A stretch of 64,000 bases of DNA, from contig CM052816.1 in the NCBI GenBank assembly GCA_028534125.1, positions 28,646,001 to 28,710,000 on the forward strand. Direction: 5' to 3'. Both the position numbers and the translations under genes were made by a program. How positions within the stretch are numbered: position 1 is the stretch's first letter; every line of letters starts with the position of its first letter. Below, in pieces: positions 11,681-24,399 of the stretch. The notes under the pieces are model-generated. The model had not been told where the DNA came from and did no database searches. It saw only the letters and a program-made list of their open reading frames with translations. The DNA comes from Lama glama. Taxonomy: Eukaryota.

Positions 11681-12725
11681 GACCGGTACTGTCTACCCCA
11701 GAGGAGTTCTCCAATTACATGAAGATGGTGGCATCTTTTAGATAGTGTTTGAGATAAGCCTTGAAGTTGGCTAGTGCATAGAGTGTAGATGTGAACAATG
11801 TCCTCTGGGATTTTGCAGTCCACAAGGTGTAAAGTTAAGTGCGAAAGTCTTCTATAAGAGAAAGGAAGGGGGAGAGAGAGCTAGCAGTTTGCCCAGGTAG
11901 GCTGGTTGCTGTGGATGTGTATACAGCCTAAGAGCCTGAACGAGGCAGGAGTAGAAAGGTGGAACTGGAAGTAATCCATAAGTTTTCAGGAATGAGAAAG
12001 AGGTATCAGCCACATGCTTTGGCAACTAATTCAATTAATCAGTAGGAAAGTTTGATTTTAAGATTTTGAGTCTATGCTATTTGCAAATGTTCATTCTGGT
12101 ATGTTTTGAAATATATTTAAGGGTCACGCATAATCTGGTAATGATGAATTTTGGTGGAATGAAGGAAAAAGCAGCAGAATGCATATACCATACAAAATGA
12201 AGTCAAATGGCCATACGCTATTCTCCTCAGGAGAACCAACATATGTATGTAAATGATACACTATTCAAAGACCAGGTAGTACTCTAAAAGTTCATGTATA
12301 AAGATAGTCAACATCACAAAATTATCAGATGTTTGAACTCTACGAAAACACTACTTGTAACAAGATTTTAGAAAATCTTAGAATTTCAGGAGTGGAAATT
12401 ACTTAGGAGCCATATAATACAAATATGGTAGTCTTACTGATATAGATACTGAGTTCAGAGAAATTACAAGATTAGTTGGAGATCACAGAATCAACAAATG
12501 ACCAGAATCAGACCTTCATACATGGACCCTTGAATGATACAAATAGGTCAAGAAAACATTAGCTTTTTGAAAGCATTGTATAATAATAGGGTATCATAAA
12601 AGCTATTTCTCCTACTTTAAAAGCTCTCTGCACCTTGAGATATACAGTCAATCTCTAGTAGTTTAAAAGATTTTGCTGATAATATCCTTTGAAAGACAGC
12701 AGCGATTAAAAAAAGAAATCATTCA

Positions 12726-13312
12726 CATCATTTGCAAATATCTTCCCCCATTCTATAGGTTGTTGTTTTGTGCAACGACAGATGAGTGGATAAAGAAGTT
12801 GTGGTATATTTATACAATGGACTACTACTCAGCCATAAAAAGAATAAAATAATGTCATTTGTAGCAACATGGATGGACCTAAAGATCATCATTCTAAGTG
12901 AAATAAGCCAGAAAGAGAAAGAAAAATACCATATGGTATTATTCATATGTGGAATCTAAAAAAAGAGGACACTAATGAACTCATTGACTAAACAGAAACA
13001 GACTCACAGACATAGTAAACAATCATATGGTTACCAGGAGAAAGGAGGTGGAAAGGAATAAATTTGGCAGTTTGAGATTTACAAATGTTAGCCACTATAT
13101 AGAAAAATAGATTAAAACACAAATTTCTTCTGTATAGCACAGGGAACTATATTCAATATCTTGTAATAACCTTTTATGAAAATGAATATATGTATGTATA
13201 TGCATGACTGCGACATTGTGCTGTACACCAGAAACTGACACATTGTAACTGACTATATACTTCAATTAGAAAAAAAATTTTAATTAAATTAAATTTAAAA
13301 AAAGAAAAAAAA
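12726..13312 (+). mobile_element. L1 3' end (ORF2 C-terminus, 3' UTR, A-rich tail) with a short 5' inversion
   Basis: From 12773 it encodes [35 protein letters not shown]..., the L1 ORF2 C-terminus. 12726-12771 is reverse-complement L1 ORF2 sequence (QPIEWGKIFAND-like). Confidence 0.88.
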
Positions 13313-14106
13313 CCCATTCATGCTAGAGGTTCTAGAAAAGTAGTATATGACACCTCCAAAGACAGTATCAGAATAAGATAGGAAAGCAACTATTAATTTG
13401 GCAATGTAGCAAAAAATTAGTATGTAACTTTTCATAACCCAGATGTCCTATTTTGTTTCAAATTTTAATGGATATGTGTAGGGTGGCAACATATGAAATA
13501 TTTTTAACCATCTCTCATCAAAACCTTGCTACCTCTGATATTTTAATAGTATTTGTTCTAATTATGTTAAATTTTTCTCAAATATTTTTTTACATTCTTG
13601 CAAATTACTTTTTCTTTTTTGAAAAATAACCATTCAAATTTACTGAAATTATTTTCAATTCAGTATGTAATTGTAAATGGTATAATTGAGAAGAAAAATG
13701 TCAGTGTCAATAAATTCTAAGACAATGCCTTTATTCTATAGTGGCATTCCATCATAATGACCATTTCCTATTTCCTTAGCTTTTTGCATAATTTTTGTAA
13801 AACTTTTTGGTATCACCATGTATGAAGCACTGCTAGACTATATTTTCAGTGTGTTTAGCACTCACTAAACTAAGAGTTTAGCAGGACATTTGAAAATGTT
13901 CACTCCTTTCCCACATGGCAGAGACATTTACTAGCCCTCCTTCCGGTAAATTCCAGTCACATCAGCTGTCCAGACATTTAAAAGGCCCCCTACAGGGTGT
14001 CTTTAAAAACCATTATGCCAAAGAGTTGTAGCATCTAACAGAAGGAAATGTCTGTATCCTTATTTTGAACTTTAAAAGAACTAGTACAAAGTGATCCACT
14101 GTCTTC

Positions 14107-14212
14107 TTTTTTTTTTTAATTTATTGATTTTATTTGTGTATAGTATTTTTTAATTGAAATATAGTTGACTTACATTGTTGTGTTAATTACAGGTGTACAA
14201 AGTGATTCAGTT
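14107..14212 (-). mobile_element. Very short L1 3'-end fragment
   Basis: Poly-T followed by 'ttaattgaaatatagttgacttacattgttgtgttaattacaggtgtaca', the reverse complement of an artiodactyl-type L1 terminus. Confidence 0.7.
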
Positions 14213-14249
14213 AAACCATACAGCAGCAGGCTCTGATAAAAACTCGGTG

Positions 14250-14458
14250 GATTTGAAGTGAGGCACCTTAGGTTTGAAACTCATGTTCCGCCACCAGCTC
14301 TGTGATTACAGAAACTGAATCCACCACCATTTCCTTCTTTATCTGCAAATGTAGATACAATACCTATTTTGCAAAAGTAGATTGAGAATCTAGAGAGATA
14401 ATTATGTGGAAATGTTTTGTAAGCTGTGAATTACTGAACAAATGTTAGTCACTGTTAT
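14250..14458 (+). mobile_element. MIR SINE
   Basis: 'ggtttgaaactc...tttccttctttatctgcaaatgtagatacaatacct...aaatgttagt' follows MIR consensus order. Confidence 0.65.
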
Positions 14459-14930
14459 TCTTTTTTTTGTGTTTGTTTTGATTGATGCGCTCTGTGCATC
14501 AAGAAACCTGCTACCTCCACTGTTTCAGGATTTGGCTGCTTCCCAGAAGTGCGTGATTAAGTAAGTTCCTCTACGACAGCATTTTTCAAAGCAAGTTTCA
14601 GCAGTTTCAATTTAAAAAAAAATGGAAACATTGCATACTATGCATACCCCTTACATAATGCTGAGGTTAAATATAAGGATGTTAAAATCTGAAAAATCTG
14701 ACCTGTTTAATTTAGTTTCCAAACTTACTTGACCATGAAATCCCCAAATTCCCTCCTTTCTGTCTTCACTTCACCTCAACCCTCCTTTCCTTTTCTTTCT
14801 CTTCTACCCTTCCGGCCTTCCCTGCTTTTTTCCTTCCTTACTTTCTCCTTCAACATAACACCTATAAGCATTCTGCTTGTTTTATGGAACGTAACGTATT
14901 AAGATCTGTTTTAAAAGTTTCTAGTGATTA

Positions 14931-15082
14931 TTATCTCTCTCTCTCTCTTTTTTTTTTTTTAACGAGAGGGAGGTAATTAGGTTTGTTCATTTATTCCTGT
15001 TTGGAGGAGGTACTGGGGATTGAACCCAGGACCTCCTGCGTGCCAAGCACGCACTCTACCACTTGAGTTATACTCTTCTCCC
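14931..15082 (-). mobile_element. tRNA-derived SINE (camelid Vic-1-like)
   Basis: Minus strand reads GAGTATAACTCAAGTGGTAGAGTGCGTGCTTGGCACGCAGGAGGTCCTGGGTTCAATCCCCAGTACCTCC, with A-box-like and B-box motifs and an A/(GA)n tail. TSD TCTAGTGATTA at 14920-14930 and 15083-15093. Confidence 0.88.
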
Positions 15083-15349
15083 TCTAGTGATTACTCTTGA
15101 TCATATTTTGCTTTTCCTAGGAATTGATCTTATAGAGCTGGATTATTCCATATAGGAGGACTCTATCAGGAATCCTGTCTGTGTTCAGCAGTATTTTTAT
15201 GCTGGTGTGTTTTTCCATATGACCAGTTTGATTTTGTAATTTTTTCATGCTGCATTTGTACAGAATTCTACAATTTTTCAAGCCTGTCCCAATGTCAGAT
15301 CACTATTTCCCTTTCTTTTGAAGATAATTCAATAAAACTAAAGCAGGGA

Positions 15350-15490
15350 ATTACTATTATCCTCAATTTACAGATAAGACTTTCAAGAGTAAGAGAGTTA
15401 CTCAAGATCGTACAAAGCTGTTGTGAAACAAAACCAACAACAGAACCCAGAAGTCTTCATTCTTGCTCAGTGACCTTTCTTCTACAATGC
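15350..15490 (-). mobile_element. MIR SINE fragment
   Basis: 'attatcctcaatttacagataag...ctcaagatcgtaca...agaacccagaagtct'. Confidence 0.6.
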
Positions 15491-16599
15491 AAAGCTTCTT
15501 AAACTCCTTGCCTATTATATCATGAGCCTTCAATTCTCTCTTCTATCTTGGCATGCTCAAAAAGAAAAAAAGAATAGTGCACTTTTGGCTTCAGGTCAGA
15601 AACGTGAAGGGTAGAATCTGCTTCCTTATTTTTAGCTGCCTATAACTGAACCCCTATTTTATTTGCTACAGGCTATTTGGGAACAGGAGAGAAAGGTTGG
15701 GAGGTTTATATTTGGTTTGAATTGCTAAAGGAAAATCTTCCATTCTCAAATTCAGACCAACATTTATTTAAGAAATTTCAAAGACTGTAGCTCTTGCAGA
15801 TTTTGTAAGCAGAAGACTGAATCCTCAAAGATTTGGGTTAGTAATCTTGAAGTAGAACAGTACGCACTATATATAACAAGGAGACTTTCCCAGCCTTGAG
15901 GACAGGGCAGTGTTTTATGATAGAAAAGCAGTTGTTCAAGTGGTGCTCATCTGGAACCAAAAAAGAACTCAAAATACACTAGTGCAACCAAGAAAGCAAA
16001 AGGGAAAGTTCTTTTCCATGTACTTTCCAGCACGCATTTGACATACTGGCAGCTCAGGAACATTCCTGACATTTCTGAGCTGCTCCGGACAGCAGCATGT
16101 GAATAGAAAGTGTGACGGAGACTACTTCGGCACAGGACCGACTACGCTGCGGTAGACTGTAAGATTCAGGCAGCTTCTCCCTGATAGGCTGAATGCCAGC
16201 TAATTTACAGCCACATGACTTGGTGATTGGAACCGGTGTGAAAACTACACCGTGGACCAAATTCTGCAAACATATAACCAGTGCATTCAATTAGCTTCAG
16301 GATTTTTATTGTTTTAGGAGTTGTAGCATAAAAATCACTAACTTAGGTGACATTGATTGTGGTAGGAGTGTAAGCTATTTCTTATTTGACAACATATACA
16401 TGTCTAAGTTTAAAAATCATTGTAATGGATCAAGTTCCACTAAATCCAGTAATAAATTGCATATTGTAAAATTAATTTGATATTATTCTTTTGATTTCAC
16501 TATGATACATACAGGAAACTCTTTTCAGTCGATTTTATAAGGATAACCCCATTAACGATATGAAATTAAAATGGGATTCTTATAGCACCTTCTACAGAA

Positions 16600-17095
16600 G
16601 TCACTGGGCTGTCACAGGATATGTACTGGATGGCAGGTGGGGGTTGAGAGGTCGAATGAATGGAACCTGATGGAGGAGTCACCACAGCAAGAGTATGAAT
16701 TAGTGAAACCAGACACACTGCTCACTACTGTCTGCAGTGATCTGTGCACAGGAGATTCACCTGTACAGACTATATCCTTTGCTTCCATGAGTCCCTCTGC
16801 CTTCCAGATTCATTCAGGTGGTGAGGACCATAGGACAGCTACTTGTTTGCCTGCCATATTTCCTGTAGGTTTGGCTGTGTCCCTTAGTCACAACCCTTGA
16901 CAAAGGCCTTCCTGGGTTCCATTTATATCCTTCTGTTCCTTCTTCCTTTCAGGCCTCAGCCTCTTCTGAGGTTCTGCACCACTGACTGGTTTTAGTATAG
17001 TCTAAGCAGAGTTTTGCTGACTGTCCTCTTATTAAACTTTTTTCAAATTACCTGCTATGAAAGTACCATGTTTTATGTGACCCTTACATACACTA
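16600..17095 (+). mobile_element. Old ERVL-type solo LTR (family uncertain)
   Basis: LTR-like 3' end 'attaaacttttttcaaattacctg...gacccttacataca'; otherwise degenerate. Confidence 0.35.
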
Positions 17096-18106
17096 GGAAG
17101 TCAAATAAGGCTGGCCAACTAGTTAGGACCCCATTGGCAAAAATATAAAGAATGTTGTAGGAAGTCCTTCACTCTAGAAAAAGAGAGACCTAAGGTCCCC
17201 AACCTTAATCCTAGAGTTATTGTAGGAAAATAATGTGGGATGTGTGTGTATGTGTGTGTGTGTATCTGTTGGCTCATCTTCCCATCCACACACCCACCCT
17301 GCAATATGAATGCATCCATAACCAACTTATTTGATAAACTACTTGTACATTAGGTCAAAAACAGTAGAATGTTGGCAAATTTATATGGTCAAATGTTTTT
17401 ACAGGTGCATAAAATTTCGTATTTTTCTGGTGGTTTTCTTTCTTTAGCTCTCACATTTAAATTGTGTGAATAACTTTACCATCACGCACACCTTGTTCAG
17501 ATTTTTCTAAGCAATGAGATATATTTGGAAATAATTAACGTGTATAAGTAGCATCCGCTGTTTCTTCCATAAGCAGTATCAGGCAAATAAAAGAGATTGG
17601 GCAACACTATCCCAGGTGGCAATAAATATTTTTAAAATGCAGTGGAATCATTTTTAATTCCTGTGCTTATATGTTTCATATAATGATAGTCAGTGGCACT
17701 GCAGATTAACTTGCAAAGAACATATTAAAATTGTTTACATGTTAATTATTTTAGAAATTCTATTAGAAGCTCAAGTTTCTTCTCGTGCTATGCTGGCTTA
17801 TCCTTCCTATTTGTTCTCGTTTGGATATTTTACAATGATATATGTAACTCTATACTATATGCTTTCTCTCAGTACTTTAAATTTTAGAACCATCTTCAGC
17901 ATCTTTTTATATAGAGCTATACACTGTTGGACCCCTCCAGTATTCATGAGAGTTTTATAAAATGGAAGACTTGAGAAGACATGTGGGACAGATTCTCACT
18001 AAGCGGGTGGAGTGTGGCTGATCACATCCTTAAGGAATGCTCTCAGGGCATCTGGTGAGTACGAATATATCTGTCCTTTAGGAAAATGTAGCTAACGTGA
18101 ACACTA

Positions 18107-18454
18107 CAGTAGTCCCTCAGTATCCACAGGGGACAAGTTCCAGGACCCCCTTTAGGCACCAAAATCCACAGATACTCAAGTCCCTCATATAAAATGACAC
18201 AGTATTTGCATACAACCTATGCATATCTCCCATATACTTTAAATCATCTCTAGATTACTTTAAATACCTAATATACTGTAAAAGCTATGTAAATAGTTGT
18301 AAATACAATGTAAATTCTATGTAAGTAGCTGCTGATACACGGCAAATTCAAGTTTTGCTTTCTGAAACGTCCCAGAATTTTTTTTCAAATATTTTGGATC
18401 CTTGTTTGGTTGAGTCCACACATGCAGAATCATGGATATGGAGGGCCAAAACTG
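18107..18454. mobile_element. MER2/MER2B TcMar-Tigger MITE
   Basis: TA|CAGTAGTCCCTCAGTATCCA ... TGGATATGGAGGGCCAAAACTG inverted ends, with internal 'ctttaaatcatctctagattactt'. Confidence 0.88.
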
Positions 18455-18710
18455 CACAGATGAGAACACTGAGACAAAAAGACCTTAATAGCATACAGTC
18501 ACACAGGAAGTAACAAAGTTCTAAATCAATCCCAAGTGTGACTGACTTCAAAGTCGGTACCTTTGAGTCAAGAAAGAAGGAACTCTATTATCTGTCACGT
18601 ATCTGGAAACTTGATTAAGTTCCTGTCCTTTCTTGGTCTCAATTTTTTACCTGTATAATGAAGGCATTTTACTTTATAATCTCTAGTAAATTTTCCACCT
18701 GCAATATTCT
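18455..18710. mobile_element. Two MIR fragments in opposite orientation
   Basis: 'cagatgagaacactgagac...tgactgacttcaaagtc' (minus), then 'ttcttggtctcaattttttacctgtataatgaagg' (plus). Confidence 0.55.
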
Positions 18711-19599
18711 ATATATTCAATCAATCATTTACTTAATGAGACCATAGCCAATACCCAGAAATTTTAAAGTACATCACTACATTATCTGGATAGTATATGT
18801 TCCAATCTTTCACCTCTTTTTGCATTAATTTTTTCATAAGAGATTCTACCAGGAGACAGAAATAACTCATCATCTGTGCTTTTTTGGTGTCTTTTCCCTA
18901 GATACCTTCACCACCAGTATTGCAGACACACAAAAACATAATTTTTTCCCCAACAGTCGGGCCACATCCCCCTTTCCCTAATAATATTTTCTTTATTCTA
19001 GAGACAGAGTATACTTATTGAAAATCTTTTATATTTCTGTAATTGACTAACTGTTTTTCTCATTTTCCTTTCAGCTCTTCAGCAATGAAACAATGAAAAA
19101 AAAGGTCTGGAATGTTTTCTCTGATGGTTGATATCTATTATTTGGACCATAAATTTGATGTCAGAAAAACACAGGATCTTTTATGATCATACATTTTTAC
19201 GTCCCAGAAGCTATAAATGTTTCCCACAAAAGGATGTAAAATAATTTTGCTATTCTATTCTTTGTGTTTCTAGCAACCTTACATAGTCTACATGTCAGAA
19301 ATAATTACCCTCACCATGATTCTCTGTTTGTCTATGGATATAATGCATTTTACAAATTACACAATATATTTTTCCCTATACACCATCCCAGTAACATCTT
19401 ATGAGTATGCATAGATTTAAAGCCTGCATAATACCTTCATTTTGTCAGAGAAACACTTTGCTCTCTACTGTTTTGAAATAATAATACCAGAAGAGACATC
19501 TATACTGAACTCATCTACCTTGAATTATTATTTTGTATCCCACTGATCACAGGCTGGTTCCCCCAGAAATCAGTCTGCCAGGTGGCTTAGAGGGTCAAT

Positions 19600-20112
19600 T
19601 ATACTGGGTATTTGTTTCTCTACTAATCCTTATCCTGCCCTTTCCCTCAGTCTATTCTACATCACAGGGAACATCAGTTTCCTGCCAGCTAGCTTCTCTT
19701 GCCAACTGGCTTCCTGGCAGGTTTGGGCAATGGTGAAAATGGGAAGATGAGCGTAAAGAGAAACTGGAGTATTTCTCTTAGACTCTGCAGCAACATCTTT
19801 GGCAGTGGCTGCATCTCCTTAGCTCATGCAGAACAAAAGCCACTCCCTCTGAGATTCAACTGCTGAGGACAAGGTTCTGGCTCTCTGAGTGGTCCAGCTT
19901 CTAGATCTGGTATCACTACTTCTTCCTTCTGTCCCTTCTTCTCTGGGCTCATCATGCTCCCAGATGTTATTAATCTCTGGTTTGCCTCATTATCCATCAT
20001 TGATTTGACCAGCTCTTCTATCATCCATGTAAACAATTCCTTGAATTGGATTCCCTCTGTTTAAAAGACCTAGTACCGTTTCTCTTCTTTGGACTGGACA
20101 TAGATTAACCCA
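19600..20112 (+). mobile_element. LTR33-like ERVL solo LTR
   Basis: 'ctggcttcctggcaggtttgggcaatgg...ggagtatttctc...ggcagtggctgcatctcc...ttccctctgtttaaaagacctag' matches LTR33-family motifs as recalled. Confidence 0.65.
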
Positions 20113-20119
20113 CACTTGC

Positions 20120-21010
20120 TCATTTCATATTCATTCGCCAAGACTTCATTACATATCAGACTTGTGCAAGGCACTGTTTAAGGCTAAGACCATAAGTGCG
20201 AATAAGATATACATTTTTTCCTATCCTTTATAAAAATTATAGTCCAGTGGAAAAGATAGATATTGTATAATAAATTGTAGATATGACACATATTATAAAA
20301 GATAAATTATCTGATATTATGGGATCAAAAATAAGAGAAAGTTAAACCAAAATGAAGAGTCAGGAAAGTTCTTCTTAAGTTTGTGCTCTACTCTGGATAG
20401 TAGAGTGTTTGTTCCCAATTAGAATTAAAGTGACAGAAAACGTTTCAAGTATTTATGTAAAAAATTTGTGTCTTAGACAACACATGACCCCAGGAGCTTA
20501 AAATAGTAAAGGAACATAGATATATTGGCTATCTGTGTAATCCTTAATTCAGAACCTCCTGCAGCCACACAATAAAGAGCTACAGGGTATGAACCTGCAA
20601 ACTTAAATACTGAAACCTGTCCCTGTGTGTCACCTTGCCCTTCTATTTAACTTGGAAAGACCAACTTAGGTTAAACTTATTCTAACTTGTTTTAGTATTT
20701 TTTTCCTTATTTTTTTCTGTTAAGTTTGATTTAAAATATTTATTAATTATACAGTATTTGCCAGGTACCGTGCCTCACTGATGATGACGTAATAAATAAA
20801 ATACACATCTTGCTCTAAGGAATTTTTTTGCCTGACAGATGCAGACAAGTGAATGAGTGCTTATAATACCATAGGATACATCCCAATGAGATCGGGATAG
20901 TGGGGATGAGAGGCTGGCATAGTGTGGTATGGTAACCCAATATAAAGGCATCTAGCTAGCCTTGGTAAATTAAGGAATGCTCACTGGAAGATGTAACAGT
21001 TAACTAGGAG
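20120..21010 (-). mobile_element. L2 3' fragments (~20120-20400 and ~20730-21010)
   Basis: 'tgtgcaaggcactgtttaaggct' and 'aaaatatttattaattatacagtatttgccaggtaccgtgc' are reverse-complement L2 tail motifs. Confidence 0.55.
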
Positions 21011-22304
21011 AGAAGCCAAAAGTCTGTTTTGGTGGGAATACACAAACCCATAAGTTAATACTTTTTTTGCATAACAAGATTGAAACTAAACATTGGTTAA
21101 TTTTCAAAACAAGCAAAAACAATATGGTAATTAATTTATGAGACCCAGTATAAGATTATTATAAAAGACTATAATGTATATACATTAACTGCTACACTCC
21201 CACCAATGCCACTTAAGGGTAATTGCTGATGAAATAAATTCCATAAGATGCTAGACTCAAATAGTGTTTTCCTAGAGTTAAGGTATATGTTTTACCTCTA
21301 AGGTCTCCTTATTCTCATCAAAGAATTATAATTAGAGCCATAATTAGTAAACTTGCTCATTATTCTTAATTAAAATTAGACATTATCCAGACATCAAAAA
21401 CTATAATACACACCAATTATGTGCCACAGTAAGTTATTCATGTAATTGGCATTACTTAACATACAATTAAATGTGTCAAATAAAGTAAACAAAGGCTCTC
21501 TGGTGCTCCCTTATTACAGGGTTCCATGTTGCCCAAGCCGCTAGCTCCTTTTTCAATGAAGTTTACTTTGACTTAAGTAGCTCTCTCTGTCCTGCTGTAT
21601 AAGAAAATTCAGGGAAAGGTTGCAGAGGTTTTAAGAAACATCTGGGCTATCTAATCATGGCCACACCCCCTCCCACACGCAGCAGGCTTTTTAGTCATCT
21701 CTGTGTGTTTCCTAGCACTGCTTCATGGCCATGACGGCCATGATGGCTGTGATGGCTGTGATGCCAAGTTCTCCTCTCCGGTTAGCTTTTAGCTGATGAT
21801 GCTGTTCCCTCTTTGCCTTGACAGGATGAGGTCATTCAACATGGTATCTCTCACCATTCTTAGTTTCCATTTCACAATACTAAATTTTAACTTCTCTCCG
21901 TGTGAATAGAAAAACACAGTCGATCCTTTCTAATATTAATTCTTTTACCTTGGCTCTTCTTCATGACCAGTATTCTTAAAATCTAGCAAATGCTCTTACT
22001 TCACTGTTATATATTTTTCTTTCAATTTTTATTTTCCTTATCTGCTGTCTCCTTTGTCTTTGTCCATAAATGTCCCATTGTTTCCACTTTATACAAAGGG
22101 CTATTGCTTAATTGCACTTGTATATGTATCTGTCTGTCCCTTTGTCTCTCTCTCTCATGTATAATGCATACACATTCAAAGAAACATTTATATAAATGTT
22201 ATACAAACACAGAACAGAGAGTCAGTGGCTGGGGAGCTAGGGAAAAGGTCTTTTAAGACTGAAGTTTGAGCTAGGTCCTGAAGAATCCAAAACTTTCTCT
22301 TGAA

Positions 22305-23696
22305 CAGTGGTTCTCAAGGTTTTTGATCTTAGGAACCCTTCATCATCTTAAAAAGTAAGTGAGGACCCCAAAGAGCTTTTGTTTATGTGTGTTATACTGA
22401 GGTTGTATTATAATTTGAAACAGAAATCTATGAAATATTTTCAATTCACTTACAAATAACAGTAAAAATTCACTGCATGTTAACATAAAATACATTTTTA
22501 CAGAAAATAGTCATATTAAAAAATCAAAGTATTATTGTTATATAACTTTGCAAATCTCTTTAATGTCTGTCTGACAATAGAACATTGCTGGTGTCTCATG
22601 TCTGCTCTGCACTTAATCTGTTGTAGAATGTTGTTTTGAATGAAGAATGTGAAGAAAATCTTGCCTCACAGATACATAATTGAACAAGAGAAGATGATTT
22701 TAATATCCTTTTCATATAATTGATAGTATCATTCTAAAACTCAACAAGTGGCGAACTCTTATAGGTTAGTTGTAGTTAATACACAATCTGCAATCACGTC
22801 AATGAACTAGTCTTACTCTGTTTCATTCAAATCCACTGGCTTGTCTTGAATTTTAATATTTTACTCATTAATAATTGTGCATTGGTCATTTAAAAATATT
22901 TGTGCATAGAACTACGCAGATCTTCTGATGTGGATATTTTTTATTATAAAATAGAAAAAAATGCTATTCATTAATATTACCACCAATGTTATTAGAAAAG
23001 TCTTCAAGCACTGACAAATGGCCAAGATCACAGTGGCAAATAAAAGTTTTCCAAAATTCCAATTTTCAGGTAAATTTTCAAATTTTATTATTGGTAATAC
23101 ATACTTTTCCTTAAAGTAATAGGCTTATTTTTTTTTTGTTTTCCTAAGAAGATCTGCCAAACAACCAATTCTGAATAATCATAATTTTTAGTCATTCTTT
23201 CAAGTAAAAATGGTATTCATTGAAAAATGCACCTAGTTCAGCTCACAACTCAAATAACTGCACAATGTTTTGGGATAACCACTATATTATAGGGCCTAGC
23301 ATAAGTGCTTTAATCTACATTTCCCTTTTTGCCACAGAGAATATTTAAAAGTTGTATAAGCAAGAGTCAGGATTTAACAACATTAATAATTTCATTGTCT
23401 TATTAAAGACATTACTAAATAATATATTCTCATTTTCTCTCTCTTTCTTTCTCTTAATTGCAACTGTCTGGCAGTGAAAAATACAGTAATTACTTATATG
23501 GTTTGGTACCAGTACCTTCCTTGCCTGATGCTAAGCTATCTACTATCACTTTTGTAAAATCAATGCAACTGTCAATACAGTGAAAAAAGGCAGGTAATGT
23601 CATAGTATATTTTGAAAACAGTTTTGATCTCCTGGACCCTCTGAAAGGGTCCTGGGAATTCCCAGAGGTCCATGGATCAAACTCTGGGAATTGCTG
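22305..23696. mobile_element. Charlie1a-like hAT DNA transposon, near full length (~1.4 kb), non-coding
   Basis: TIRs CAGTGGTTCTCAA ... CTGGGAATTGCTG; internal 'gaggaccccaaagagcttttgtttatgtg' and 'ggaccctctgaaagggtcctgggaattcccagaggtccatgga'. Confidence 0.85.
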
Positions 23697-23997
23697 CTGT
23701 GTATATAGAAGCATAAAAGATATTCTGGCAGAAGAAATAACATATATAAAGACAAGAACATCACATATTTATCAACAGCATCTAGCTATTTACTCTCTGC
23801 TCCCTAAACATGATTTACCCTTTTACTCTCCACACTATTGCTCCACTGGAGGAGTAAGGTAGACAGTAATATGCCTAGAAACAAGTAGAGGACACTGTGA
23901 GATTCACTTGTCTCTGAATTCCAGCTTGGTGGTAGGATCAGCAATATACTACCTCACTATTACTGGTATCAGTACATTGTTCTTCCAAATCTCTGGA

Positions 23998-24200
23998 ACT
24001 GCAGTGTCCAATATGATGGTCATTAGGCTAATGCAGTTATTTAAATTAAACCTAATTAAAATTAAATAGCATTAAAAATTCAGCTGTTCAGTTGAATTAC
24101 TCATATTTCAAGTGCTCAATATCACATGTGGCTGGTGGATATTATATTGATTAGTGCAGACAGAGACCCTTTCCATAATTGCAGGAAGTTCCATTAGGCA
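23998..24200. mobile_element. MER3-like hAT MITE
   Basis: 'gtccaatatg...atttcaagtgctcaatatcacatgtggctggtgg...gcaggaagttccattagg'. Confidence 0.75.
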
Positions 24201-24399
24201 GAGGTAGGGGCGAATACCATGTTCTTTTTATCCTCACCATAATTAACTACATTCCTCTTACACAGGCTACCATTCTTAGGAGGAATTTTGTATCATCAGC
24301 TTTATTAATAGTTCTTTGTTCATTTTCTATCTGTTTTTTGGTTTAACATAAACCTCCTTGAGAATGCCCTACCCAATACACTGGACTCATCATTCTTTG

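Noticed and set aside
14085..14210. GTACAAAGTGAT repeated on both sides of the short L1 tip as a possible TSD
   Set aside because: The left copy does not abut the poly-T, and the right copy resembles native L1 3' sequence; probably coincidence or microhomology.
15005..15080. tRNA gene (Ala-like), also at 29270-29340
   Set aside because: The tRNA-like head is followed by a SINE body, A-rich tail and TSD, so it is a SINE rather than a tRNA gene.
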